DNA of 48,614 nt, counting the filler, from Stramenopiles sp. TOSAG23-2 (lineage: Eukaryota): assembly GCA_900128395.1 (NCBI GenBank). It is 2 parts of 2 records of this genome, joined end to end, with 100 filler letters (N's around TTAATTAATTAA, not from the genome) between each part and the next. Parts side by side here need not be neighbours in the genome. Positions count along the whole stretch, not along the records: positions 24,413 to 48,614 come from LT649469.1; 1 more part is not named here. The stretch is one strand, 5' to 3'. A model generated the notes under the pieces. It did not search any database. It saw only the letters and a program-made list of their open reading frames with translations, and was not told the DNA's origin. The first letter of the stretch is position 1. Each line of letters begins with the position of its first letter. Of the stretch, positions 33,601-41,839 are shown piece by piece. The translations under genes and the position numbers were made by a program.

Positions 33601-34102
33601 AAGTAAATATAAACGTAATTTAAGTGATGGAAGCAAACAATTGCAAAAAGAGAAAGATGCATTGGAATATAAATTAAAAACATCGAAAACAGAAAATGAG
33701 AAATTAAATGGTTTAAATGTAAAATATAAACAAGGTGAAGAAGAAGCAAAAGGTACAATGAAAGTGACAAAAGCAGTGGATAATGCAGAAATTAAAGAAT
33801 TAAAAGCAAACGTATTGAAATTAGAAAAAGAATTAAATGCATTGAAATCAAAACATGATCGTGTATTGAAAGCAGAAGTAGGAAACAAAGAAACGGATAT
33901 TAAAAAAATCCAATATGAAAATAAAAATGAATTGACTAAATTACAAGAGGAAGCAACGAAAAAAGATGCATCATTGGAAAAAGAAAAACAAGGACGTGCA
34001 TATGATAAAAATTTATGCCATGATAAAATGAAGTTACTTACTGAACAATTGGAAGAAGCACGTAAAGGGGAAGATGATTGTATTCCAAGTATGTATATTT
34101 AG
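24617..34102 (+). CDS. Giant PH-domain, proline-rich, coiled-coil protein with one internal transmembrane helix
   Basis: 3161 aa. PH-like N-terminus (LEKK..GMFGGGNWKTRNCW...FRCPSEKEAKAWVEGL) and polyproline tracts. ~1800 aa E/K/Q heptad region, hydrophobic LCWLLALLILLIALLCGKIFLLG at 31568-31636, then ~820 aa more coiled coil. Confidence 0.85.
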   Translation: MSDPTLNQKRELPHIYDKDYQTTVQNARQLICTGKDLEKKQRKSGMFGGGNWKTRNCWVPSQGKFGLKTFFWIHMTKKLRGNEQIRREHLMEEARKKGNYFEFKDITDIAHDEKNRKQFIIHDVHHSDARFRCPSEKEAKAWVEGLTLAINGKLRYLLEFTGGDTTTEISFKKDGTEIWEEGTICDYLFTQQQIDKGLPGIHVVAISDGMGETVYQEVDFALTEYHLKRGKNKNFAHERVGKEVELYQKMKKLNQMNKLKIKGVDGKVKKTTTTTTTTKTTTKMNLPPPPAFALPPPSDDDTPMKRLLVKVKKILGEQNVLLEITQKREQALARKLKDLQDKLKKKDGELKRLIEFPPKTLKPDELKWSIKNLKKQRDKYRKQLDLQYRQAKLQREEAEKEKKKLQDQINEAQKAGKLDPTPAPQFNYYFTIPQLPIKYGKDPEMKKEEPPPPAFAPPGLPPPPVFNKAPPPKRTPPPRKQPDNQIAAAMNLMAPDTEEVKTNADNAAEIEALRKKLAIETKEHEIYETKSNQLDAQLSDKDKSLMVTERERDQLLQDLENERKRRAELSAALLMAREAKTLEADAAARKAAAEKEKELQEKMNKLSKQRSELNMQLASQMEKANAEKSATDSRLAQSQKDQKAAMQKFQDEHEKLEKLEGERAQLIIILQQKKDNCKDLEGRIDALQASLDSTKTQSAAEKEKAEQEKQELQAKLLLANGSLEDTQGRLAKLLEEEKAAHQKDIEESKKREMELENKLKSEYAYHEQAETKLSEKDKSLKNTEKERDQFLNELEDERKKRHGLQAELLMAREAVKTESSAAAKNAAEEKEKELQVAIADLNKQRNELQIRLKLEIETLQNEQKSTNDQLAHTQQEQQQAMEQFQNEHEKLAKVEAERAQLLIVIQNNKSDCKELKDQIDDLQSKIKNKDSISKKEHDQNVKDVKALEKKLKLANDALENTQGELARLLKEEKAAHEKDAEEFRKYKADMEARLAEEEKFHTNAINEREKLITELDAEKHERNDLEVQLRAAREMQKQSDAELRKAAEEKEKELQKQIKELGKKRLSLKEQLEKTMKDLDNERNIANETIAAERDRQRQLLEQYEAEHSKYEVTEHKRAALEVELAANKSNCKSLEGRIDELQKILNNKSKQSKQELNDAAKEKEALQAQLLMANSNLSDTEGRLAKLLEEEKAAHQKDIENFNDKKEQLEQLIQDEKKEQEVLKSELQDAKNDVEASKNKSKEQQRLAMEKQAELELKINVQHGLTNTLKDQLEALKEKEAKEVAMANEKQRLSELEIQRLKDELDQYKRDLEAAESEAEMTSNQLDKVMSANSQNEKQKSAAREMHANAERQRKELHDAHEELRRQLEFEKEKQKQLVDKDAALLKAEREKHAEEQKRLKQELALEKEKEEEIERKRGILQRNLDQEREESKFLAEELEKLKKQMQDQANKSSEEIEKEKEMEKNLQDQLQQSNQTIDLIRQDLEKALKEEKKARREEKKRADMKTAELEDHLKKGEEMQQNLTEKIKKLEQSLNEELDNERRLEMGRTQVKRRLDKERGVVEKLLRKIGELKNERLHNKEMTDEMKRDARRKEANLNKELAVTQAKVKEIEENLKKELEMEQGAHKEDLLKLKAITQKKDEIETHLNDELSNNAALQDELERLKKMMADKEAKNTKIHQDDRDEIARSEEQLKKSDIMLNDIRDKHKKQLEEEEAMHSKAQLAMEQRKKELESKLEEEKKREAELNNNLKRLRKDIDDGKKREDDLVNQRNEVEGLLEDKESENTDLKEQLKRLLESNEKGNKSSQERDAEIKRLQARIVQSDKEMDAVKARLSKQLQDEKIAHKADADKAQEEQKSLQKKLREEDARWKLLNEGLKSELENLDQKEKEERRLLDLAMEEQGQLETRLDDASKRYDLVTLDNKQKEEEIAELKKELQKLTKSINDAQNQVLMKEDDVKKADKLYKDAEDAKNHREEELRQMEEDFRNKTLNADADFDDLNKQLEALKKQIKEKEQEKEALNKQLGDTEAEREKLAVDNKNLETMKEKVEEQFKNSTEINEVLEQEVKTQKEEVENQKTQLGEKDDEIENQKAQLGEKDDEIEELRDQLMQIGGKVNEHKESHSKLAKQHDEEKAKLKKDLKKAEQERKSHEASAKKHMQAKESLEKTMKDSEKKLKELKEQQKKLKSEASNAQNQSKQHKQKVNNLQEELKNAKESNKNLKNTVGEKDDEIKKLKEKSHDVDHLENEIKHLKEENERLKNRPMPEEEDENFNKVTTQQKKSKSKPPENDRPPANDEQIEKLKVELKDKTKERSNLCWLLALLILLIALLCGKIFLLGDDSNKQEDDDRFNKLQIKYNTQVKQYSLLETDMKNAKYQHGRLLTEAKTAEEKSKQNALTQTNYYKKEKAAHATKKTRITELEKEIAALKKELKAIKYKESQLAAGQSGNEKQLTKLQDEIKRLKKEKSDLSDELKQCNRKKKEAQSEAKVSKAALSTAKEEMVAKVKTIEAKVKTIEARDAEIVELKKKIKNLESSLAAETAAVAKLKQTASASSSQLQKDVNKRDDEIKKLKAQIKTLQASEKELKTTIENLKNEVKKLKEDRKQAQYRIDAANGLVKEKENSLQKQVKAYDALNAKAQTLSAEKDKLTKDKYDLEQKLKKVEYNLSTANGELKTSKATINTQTKKIATLSAEKDKLTKDKYDLEQKLKKVEYNLSTANGELKTSKATINTQTKKIATLSAEKDKLTKDKYDLEQKLKKVEYNLSTANGELKTSKATIDTQTKEIAKKKQKIKELLDEIAKLKNVGGNADGRVKQLEKDVANLKAKLEKQEKSYETLQSAKNVVDVSEKKLKTSTYNLEQELKKLKSKLDTTERNLKTLKTSTDKSIANLQTQVKDKESAINKETKAHKKDNTEKNEEITKLTKKLKDNSYKQGTSNKDYEYKITQLNKEIGVLGGKIDKLQKENEQIAALDTKLKASQSELNKLTKQRDEEQSKYKRNLSDGSKQLQKEKDALEYKLKTSKTENEKLNGLNVKYKQGEEEAKGTMKVTKAVDNAEIKELKANVLKLEKELNALKSKHDRVLKAEVGNKETDIKKIQYENKNELTKLQEEATKKDASLEKEKQGRAYDKNLCHDKMKLLTEQLEEARKGEDDCIPSMYI
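32540..32980. repeat. Coding tandem repeat, 3 x 147 nt (49 aa = 7 heptads)
   Basis: acattatcagccga starts at 32540, 32687 and 32834; the copies are nearly identical. Confidence 0.95.
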
Positions 34103-35006
34103 AAATATCATTTTGCGCGACGAAAGGTATATATATGTATTATATTATATATGCATATATAGAAAAGTGTTAAATAAAATTATATATTTTTTTATATAAA
34201 AAAAAAATTAATGAAATTAAAAACTTTGTGAAGAAAGTTTTTGTGATTTTTTAATCCATTTTGGTTGTTTGTTGCTTTGCGGCTCTATCTATAGAATCTA
34301 GAACACATCTACTATGATACTTAGGTTTAATAGGGACACAGCATTGGAGTGCAACATCCACTCGTTTGCCCTTCATATATTTTTTGACCAAATTTTCACA
34401 CACGGAAATATTTCTTTGTTTAAGGATAAAATATATATAATATTCTATAATGAGATTGATTAAGACGATACTGTAGTATGCTGTGACAACATAAAAATCG
34501 GAAATATAATAATAATAGGATAATATGGAGTATAAAGTGTAATATAATGTATATTAAATATACAAAGCCTATTATCCTTAATTAATATCGATCACCGGAT
34601 GCCGGGCATCCATTACGTTGTTCACGCACCCGTTATTAGTAAAAATTGAATTAATAAAATTTATTTATGTAAGTTAAAGTGGGAAGAGCGGTCGTGTATA
34701 CTTAATATAAAGTGTGAAGTGGCAAAATAGTTTGTTCATTGTATATTTTCACTGTTTACTATTGTTATTATTATTATTATTATTATATTTCGGAACGCAT
34801 TGTATTTCATCTTTCTTTTTTTCTGATCTAACTTGTTTAGTATATACAGATAGATCGTAGTAGTAGTAGTAGTATCATCATATATAATACCCTTCTTTTG
34901 ACTAAATTACATATTATATTATTATTTTTAATAACAAATTTAAAGAAAATAGTACGATATACATATACATTTGTTGTGGGTGAACTTGTGTGACATTGCA
35001 TGAAAA

Positions 35007-38000
35007 ATGGAAGGTGCGAAAGAAACAGCGGAAAATATTGTTCAAGAAGGACAAAATATAGCACAAAATGGTATTGAAATGGCAAGTAATATGTCAAACT
35101 ATATAGCGGCAAATCAAGGTGCTATTACAGAAGGTGCAACAAATGTTGGTAATAACGTTATCAATACTGCATCAACAACTGCAAAACAAGCAGGTGCCCT
35201 TGGTGCTACTCTTGGTACAGCTGCTTTGAATACAGGACAAACCGTCGGTACAGCTGCTTTAAATACAGGACAAACTGTTGGCAATAATGTTGTGAATGCT
35301 GGTAGAACTGTTGGCAATAATGTTGTGAATGCTGGTAGAACTGTTGGCAATAATGCTGTGAACGCAGGTAAAATTGCTGGCAATGCCGCTATAAATGCTG
35401 GTCAAACACTTGGTACACAAGCAGAGGAAACTGGCACTATGCTTGCTCACAATGCAGCCATTGCAAAAGATGATGTAAAGGAGGCAGCTACAACTGCAGG
35501 TAAAGTAGGAGCCGTTGTCGGTGCAACAATGTCAACTAAAATATCGGAACAAAGCCATGTAGTATTGGGGCAAGCATTAGCAGCAGTGAAAGATATCAAT
35601 GTGGAAGAATTTGAATTTCCAGTAAATATTAAAATACCAGATATTGATTTTACCTCTGTAACCAATGTAATAGATGATGGCACTGATAAAGTAATGGACT
35701 TCGTCGCCACTCCAGCGGTACAGAATGCAATGGGTGAAGCAGTAGATTTATGTAGCAAAGTGACACAATATATTCCATTTGATTTAGCTAAATTTGAAAT
35801 TGTACGTGATTTTTATCAAATTTTAGGTATTTTAGTAGAATGTATTAGCTTTCCAGTAGTCTTTGAAGAATTTTTCGGTACAATTGCGAAAATTATGTCA
35901 TTAGCTGTAAGTGATTTATTAAAATATGCTATTTCCATTTCCAACTTAGCATGGTGGTGGATTATTACAGTCATTGCCATATTAGCATTAGTAATGGTAT
36001 TGAATTTTTTTAAACAAGACGTTGGTAAAGATATAAGTAAAGTTGGTTTAAATGTGGAGGTAAAAGCGAGGAAATTTGATTGGAAGAAACAAAATCAAAA
36101 AGATGGCGGTAGTCGATATCGTAAAGTGAAATATTTATTATTTTTAATGACATCGATCTATGCACCAGTAAGTCGAAATGCAATCCAAATGATATGGTGT
36201 GCGGATAAATATGCATATGCACGATTTAAATGCGAGACTTTCCATTTTGACAATGCTACCGGGACAAATATAGCCGATGCGGAGCCAATATTTGGTTATT
36301 TATCAAAAGGTAATACATTATGTTTAGAGGTGAGACAACAATTATTGCCATCGTTACCAAATAAAGGTGGTTTACCGGAGGGAACAATATTGGAAACTTC
36401 ACATGAAAGGATGACCATAACAAAAAGTGCTGCATTTACTACAACATTTGGTGGAAATACGGTAGAAACGCTTGGTGGTTCATGTTGGAACAACGAAGGG
36501 CATTTAATACATGTATTGCTATCGATAATTGTTGTTATTATGATCACAATACGTTTTCCACGTCAAATGTCAAGGGTAATTGTTGCATTTAGGCCACAAC
36601 CAATTGAGCCAGATGATCCAAAGCATCCGTATAAAGACCCACCACAATTAGGTACGCCAAATTACAATGAAGAGGTGAGAAAACAAATGGAACTTTGTAC
36701 GAAACCTGTATGGTTCAATGATGAAGGTGGCGTGGAGGAATTTACCAGTGCAGTATATGCACGTGAAATTGCTAGGCTTGGAGACAATCCATATGTCTAC
36801 CTATATGAAATGTACGAAGAAAAATGGGCACATTTTAAAACATATGTGATGTGGTTTAAATTTATTCAGATTATTCCAGCAGTGACATTGACCGCATGGT
36901 TTTTTGATAATTTAATGACGGAAGATTCCCACGTACGTTCAATCATACAAGCAAGTTTTGCTATTTTTATCTTGGTATTTTATTTATATTTCGCATGTAA
37001 AGAACGCCCTTTTATCAACGCATTTAATGATTTTCTAGATCAAACGTGCCGTATGGTTTTATTATTTTGCCCTATTATTACAATTGTGGCATATGCGAGT
37101 GAAAATCCAAAAGGACAGGTTTGGGGCGACCTGCTAAATACAGTAGTAGGAATACATTTAGTGTTTTTAGTCATATCAACTGTTTTTAGTGGCCACTCCG
37201 CAGCTACTAGAATTAAAAAATTAACAGGGAGATTGGATTTTACAATTGGTTCTGTAAAATACAAAGGGAATGTTGGGACGTTGCCAAAATGGGACATGGC
37301 AATGGAACGAAAACGTCGTTTGTGGAAACCATTTTGGGATCATTTATTTCATGATGATGTGAAATTAAGTACAGTGAAAAAAGAAAAAGATCCAAAAACA
37401 GAAAAAGAAAAAGATGTACGATTACCCATTGTCAAACCATTTGTAGATGGACCATTGATGAAACGTCCGCAAGATCGTTTGGATGAAATGATTGAAAAAT
37501 TACATACAAGAGGATTTAAAGCATGGGAAAGTAATTTATTACCGATGACACCTCAAGAAACGCAATTGCGATACCAGGTTCAAACCCAATTGGAAGGCAT
37601 CGATGTTTATTGCGATGATAAATGGACATCCGTTCCTGGGTTATCCAGTATTTTAGATCAACAATATTTACATGCCAAAAAGAAACGACAAGTATCTGAC
37701 GTTGTAAATGTACGCCAATCCAATTGGTGCACCATTGTAGTATCACCATTTCCATTTACCGTGAACATTTATTGGGAAAATTGTAATGTTGTCGGTGAAT
37801 TGGTATCATGGGGCTTAACAAAGTCACGAATACAAGAATTGTTACATAAAAATATGAGAGATCCTGATATTATATGGCAACGTCAAGTTCGATTAGCATT
37901 CCGTGCATTGGCAAAATCACAACAATTTACTGGCACATCTGCCCTTATGCTTTGCCCGATGGAAAAGTTAAGTAGTAATGGGACGATGATGCGATATAGT

Positions 38001-39548
38001 AAATGCAGCGTTGAATGGCCGGAAGTATCGAACCTTGCTACATTAGATGCTGATAATAAAAATCTGAAACGAGATATTGAATTAGCAGGGCAACCGCGAT
38101 TTTTATATCAAGATGGTACAGATGCAAACAGTGGGACGGCAACTGCGCCAGATCGTTATTTTACATTGGATGAATTGGGCATTGGTAAAAATTACAATAA
38201 ATCAAATCGTTTATTGAATATGTTAGGATGGGTACCAAATGGCAATCAAAATACAAACGTCGTACGTAAATGCATGCAAGACTATTTAGAATTTATTTCA
38301 GAAAAACGAAATGAAAATTTAAAACCCCGTGTATTGGATCAATATAGTTTGTCGTGGGGTTTTTGGTATTTTGTTTATAATAACGATATGTTGTCACGCA
38401 TTGATTTGGAACGATATTTGCAATCTGGTGCAGAGCAAAATCCATTGGTACGTAATATATTGACAAGGAAGAAGAAAGATTTAAATTTATTATATTCCAT
38501 GTTAAATTTTTACAATTCTTCCCCATTATGCGCATATTGGTTTTCATTTTGGTACGATGTATGGATGCACAATCAAGATTTACCAAAAATCAAAGAAGCA
38601 GAGAAATTATTAGATTTTTTAACACCAGATGCAATTTGTTACAAACCAATGGGAATGATAACATTACGAAAGGTATTGCAAAAATATGGAAATCCATTAG
38701 GATCAAAACAAGAACAATATTTAAAAGCATTATTTACACGTTTAAAGGAATGTGCATTGGAAAACAAGGTATATCAATTACCATTAGTGTCGTATCAGGC
38801 ACCATTTCAAATTAAATATTTAATTACAAATCGCGCAGTGAACAAGGTAATGGATGCATATTTATTATCAGATAAATACAATCAAGGGGAAGAGTTTGAT
38901 GATCAAAAGCCTAGAATGCCACCTATAGCAACTGCTGCAAATATTAGGGGGGATTTAGAGAAAGCGATGAAATTAGGTATGGATGCTGCACAACAAAGTA
39001 TTAATGCACATCAACTTCAAATCAACCAAGCGAAAATGCAAGAGCAGCAACGACAAGCAATTCAAGCACAACAAATGTTACAAGTCCAACAAGCAAGGAC
39101 GGAACAATTAAAACGTCAACAAGAACATCAAGAAAAAATGATCAAAGAACAACAAAGACTAGCCGCAGAACGTAAGAAACAACAAGAGGAGCAACAGAAA
39201 CGTATGCAGGAAATGTATAAGAAGCAACAAGAAGAGCAACGACGAGCGCAAGAAGAGCAACGACGAGCGCAAGAAGAGCAACAGAAACGTATGCAGGAAA
39301 TGTATAAGCAACAACAAGAGCGACAACGACAAGCGTATGGTGGATATGGTCAACAACCTGCGCCACAACAATTCATGCAGCAGCAGCAGCAGCAACAACA
39401 ACAACAAGGTGGAGATGTTATGGCAGTACAAGTACCATATGGAATGGGTCCAGGGCAAATGATACAAATACAAACACCAAAAGGTATGATGCAAGTACAA
39501 ATACCACAAGGTGTTGGACCAGGGATGACATTTCATGTACGTGTGTGA
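35007..39548 (+). CDS. Uncharacterised multi-pass membrane protein with N-terminal 11-mer repeats, Q-rich coiled coil and C-terminal VPxGxGPG repeats
   Basis: 1513-aa ORF. (TVG(T/N)(A/N)xxN(T/A)Gx)n 33-nt repeats at ~35210-35420; roughly 7-8 hydrophobic segments at 35930-37190; tail VQVPYGMGPGQMIQIQTPKGMMQVQIPQGVGPGMTFHVRV. Confidence 0.75.
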   Translation: MEGAKETAENIVQEGQNIAQNGIEMASNMSNYIAANQGAITEGATNVGNNVINTASTTAKQAGALGATLGTAALNTGQTVGTAALNTGQTVGNNVVNAGRTVGNNVVNAGRTVGNNAVNAGKIAGNAAINAGQTLGTQAEETGTMLAHNAAIAKDDVKEAATTAGKVGAVVGATMSTKISEQSHVVLGQALAAVKDINVEEFEFPVNIKIPDIDFTSVTNVIDDGTDKVMDFVATPAVQNAMGEAVDLCSKVTQYIPFDLAKFEIVRDFYQILGILVECISFPVVFEEFFGTIAKIMSLAVSDLLKYAISISNLAWWWIITVIAILALVMVLNFFKQDVGKDISKVGLNVEVKARKFDWKKQNQKDGGSRYRKVKYLLFLMTSIYAPVSRNAIQMIWCADKYAYARFKCETFHFDNATGTNIADAEPIFGYLSKGNTLCLEVRQQLLPSLPNKGGLPEGTILETSHERMTITKSAAFTTTFGGNTVETLGGSCWNNEGHLIHVLLSIIVVIMITIRFPRQMSRVIVAFRPQPIEPDDPKHPYKDPPQLGTPNYNEEVRKQMELCTKPVWFNDEGGVEEFTSAVYAREIARLGDNPYVYLYEMYEEKWAHFKTYVMWFKFIQIIPAVTLTAWFFDNLMTEDSHVRSIIQASFAIFILVFYLYFACKERPFINAFNDFLDQTCRMVLLFCPIITIVAYASENPKGQVWGDLLNTVVGIHLVFLVISTVFSGHSAATRIKKLTGRLDFTIGSVKYKGNVGTLPKWDMAMERKRRLWKPFWDHLFHDDVKLSTVKKEKDPKTEKEKDVRLPIVKPFVDGPLMKRPQDRLDEMIEKLHTRGFKAWESNLLPMTPQETQLRYQVQTQLEGIDVYCDDKWTSVPGLSSILDQQYLHAKKKRQVSDVVNVRQSNWCTIVVSPFPFTVNIYWENCNVVGELVSWGLTKSRIQELLHKNMRDPDIIWQRQVRLAFRALAKSQQFTGTSALMLCPMEKLSSNGTMMRYSKCSVEWPEVSNLATLDADNKNLKRDIELAGQPRFLYQDGTDANSGTATAPDRYFTLDELGIGKNYNKSNRLLNMLGWVPNGNQNTNVVRKCMQDYLEFISEKRNENLKPRVLDQYSLSWGFWYFVYNNDMLSRIDLERYLQSGAEQNPLVRNILTRKKKDLNLLYSMLNFYNSSPLCAYWFSFWYDVWMHNQDLPKIKEAEKLLDFLTPDAICYKPMGMITLRKVLQKYGNPLGSKQEQYLKALFTRLKECALENKVYQLPLVSYQAPFQIKYLITNRAVNKVMDAYLLSDKYNQGEEFDDQKPRMPPIATAANIRGDLEKAMKLGMDAAQQSINAHQLQINQAKMQEQQRQAIQAQQMLQVQQARTEQLKRQQEHQEKMIKEQQRLAAERKKQQEEQQKRMQEMYKKQQEEQRRAQEEQRRAQEEQQKRMQEMYKQQQERQRQAYGGYGQQPAPQQFMQQQQQQQQQQGGDVMAVQVPYGMGPGQMIQIQTPKGMMQVQIPQGVGPGMTFHVRV

Positions 39549-40199
39549 GGAGAGGTGAGAGAGTGTGTGGAATGATACGAGTTTTTATTTTTTAAACCCC
39601 CAGAGAGATTTAATTCCCCCGGGGTCCGGGGTATTTTAGATTTTTTAGAGATTTTAGAGAATTGTTGTGGGAAGAGAGTGTACGACGCACACATACTCTC
39701 TCGTATTTTTTAAAATATTATATGCATAGATTTTTATCAAATAAATTGCGTGTACAAAAACTTGAACACTTTTAACACTTCGCTTCGTCACTTCGTATTT
39801 TATCTCTCTCCTCTCTTTTCTTCCGTCTCCTCCATCTCTACTCTCCGTCACATTTTCAAGGTGTTGGACCAGGGATGACATTTCATGTACGTGTGTGAGG
39901 AGAGGTGAGAGAGCGTGTGGAATGATACGAGTTTTTATTTTTTACCCCCAGAGAGATTTAATTCCCCCGGGGTCCGGGGTATTTTTAGATTTAGAGATTA
40001 GAGAATTGTTGTGGGAAGAGAGTGTACGTACATACTCTCTCGTATTTTTTAAAATATTTTATATGCATAGATTTTTATCAAAATAAATTGCGTGTACGAA
40101 CACTTGAACACTTAACACTTCGCTTCGTCACTTCGTATTTTATCTCTCTCCTCTCTTTTCTTCCGTCTCCTCCATCTCTACTCTCCGTCACATTTTCAA
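39507..40199. repeat. Imperfect tandem duplication, ~350-nt period, covering the 3' end of the 35007 gene and the downstream spacer
   Basis: caaggtgttggaccagggatgac begins at both 39507 and 39857. The copies differ by several small indels and substitutions. Confidence 0.95.
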
Positions 40200-40208
40200 T
40201 ATACATAA

Positions 40209-41450
40209 TCAAACATTCATTTTCATACTATATATATCATTTAATTGCCTACGTTGGGAATTACCATTACGTATTGGATCGATTAATAAATCAATTGGTA
40301 ATAATGCATAACTAATTTCACGACGTGTATACATCATACCATTGATCTTTTTACTCCACATTGGTCGATTACCCCAACCAGCTGGAATGCATGTACATTT
40401 AGTAACAAAACAATTCCCAATCACTTTATTTTTATCACGATTTACACCATCTTTAAATTTATCATGGCAATAAAATTTACCTATAATAACAATTGCATGC
40501 CCATCTGCACCTGATTTACGTGTTGGTTCCCATGGATTATTATATGGATCAAATCGTGGTGGTATGAATGCTTCTTTTCGGCAATCTTTTGTTTTCGATG
40601 CACTATTTGCCCATGGATAACCAAGCTCTTCAATTCCACAATAAACAGGACCTTGTTCAATTAATTTACATAATTGATCTACTCGATATAATCTACCTTG
40701 ATCTTTTGGTTGATATGGATTCGAGGAACCCCAAATACGTGGTATGATATCTCGTAAATGTGCACCTTTTTCAATAGTTTCTTTCATTGCACCAATTTTA
40801 GATAGATCTTTTCCCCAATTTTTTCTATGTTGTATTTCATATGCAGAGATCGCACCCATTACTGTACAATCATTTTTTTGTTGTTCTTGAATTGGAAATT
40901 GTTTTTTATTTTTTTCACCAATAGCAAGTATAAAATCAAGCCATGTTTTAATATTATTATTATTGTTGTTGTCATGCGTACTGATGCTATTGTTGTTGTC
41001 GTTGTTGTTTATTCTTTCATTTACAAAATTATCATCAAACCAATTGCAATATGTAAATTTTTCGATGATTTTATTTGTTCTGGAACTTTTACGGCGTTTT
41101 GTAGGAGTGGTGGTGGTGGTGGTGGTAGTTAAATCGATTATTGATTCAACTTTATTATTATCATTATTATCTGGATGATTTCTTTGTTTCCGTTTTTTAC
41201 GAGTTTTCTTGGTGGTGGTGGTGGTGGTGGTAGTTAAATCGATTATTGATTCAACTTTATTATTATCATTATTATCTGGATGATTTCTTTGTTTCCGTTT
41301 TTTACGAGTTTTCTTGTTTGGTTTCGTTTTGTTTGATTCTGTTGTGGTGCCTTTTGTTTGATGATTGGCTATTTTATTTAATGATTTCAAACGTGTTGGA
41401 TTTCTTTTTTTCAACCGTTCTGTTAAAGTTAATGAAGTGGAGGAGCTCAT
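40209..41450 (-). CDS. Divergent papain-like (clan CA) cysteine protease domain with basic low-complexity N-terminus
   Basis: QEQQKNDCTVMGAISAYE (Gln...Cys helix), GPVYCGI, DGHAIVIIG (His) and FVTKCTCIPAGWG parallel papain QxxCGSCWAFS, GPV, HAVxIVG and IVKNSWGxxWG. No signal peptide. Confidence 0.6.
   Translation of the reverse strand: MSSSTSLTLTERLKKRNPTRLKSLNKIANHQTKGTTTESNKTKPNKKTRKKRKQRNHPDNNDNNKVESIIDLTTTTTTTTKKTRKKRKQRNHPDNNDNNKVESIIDLTTTTTTTTPTKRRKSSRTNKIIEKFTYCNWFDDNFVNERINNNDNNNSISTHDNNNNNNIKTWLDFILAIGEKNKKQFPIQEQQKNDCTVMGAISAYEIQHRKNWGKDLSKIGAMKETIEKGAHLRDIIPRIWGSSNPYQPKDQGRLYRVDQLCKLIEQGPVYCGIEELGYPWANSASKTKDCRKEAFIPPRFDPYNNPWEPTRKSGADGHAIVIIGKFYCHDKFKDGVNRDKNKVIGNCFVTKCTCIPAGWGNRPMWSKKINGMMYTRREISYALLPIDLLIDPIRNGNSQRRQLNDIYSMKMNV
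41106..41315. repeat. In-frame 105-nt tandem duplication (NLS-like + IIDLT motif + poly-Thr)
   Basis: KKTRKKRKQRNHPDNNDNNKVESIIDLTTTTTTTT occurs twice; tagttaaatcg at 41126 and 41231. Confidence 0.92.
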
Positions 41451-41839
41451 TTCTTTTTTATTATTAATAAAGACAAGTAATTAACGGTTTTTTTTTTCTT
41501 CAAAAAATGTTAATAATTTAATTTAATAATGTGTTAATTTTAAAATTTTGGAAAAAAAGAAAAAATACGAACGACGTATTTTAATATATATATTGTTTAC
41601 TAAATATTTGATTGCTACGTAGGTATATAGTTAAATTAATAAAATATAAAAATAGTAAATTGAATTTTACAACAAAAGGTATTGAATATATCACATATAT
41701 ATGTATTAACGAGATAGATTTTAAACGATTTATTAGATTGTAATTGATTATATGTTAATTTGGGAGGTCATTTTAGTATTCTTACACGCTCGCAAGTACA
41801 AACATCAGACCTATATATATATTATTAATTATTATGCTG

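Noticed and set aside
26013-33888. Many minus-strand ORFs rich in F/S/L
   Set aside because: Antisense shadows of the E/K-rich coiled-coil gene.
39507-40199. LTR pair or mobile-element ends
   Set aside because: The copies are directly adjacent, start inside the upstream CDS, and lack internal element sequence, TG...CA ends and target-site duplication.
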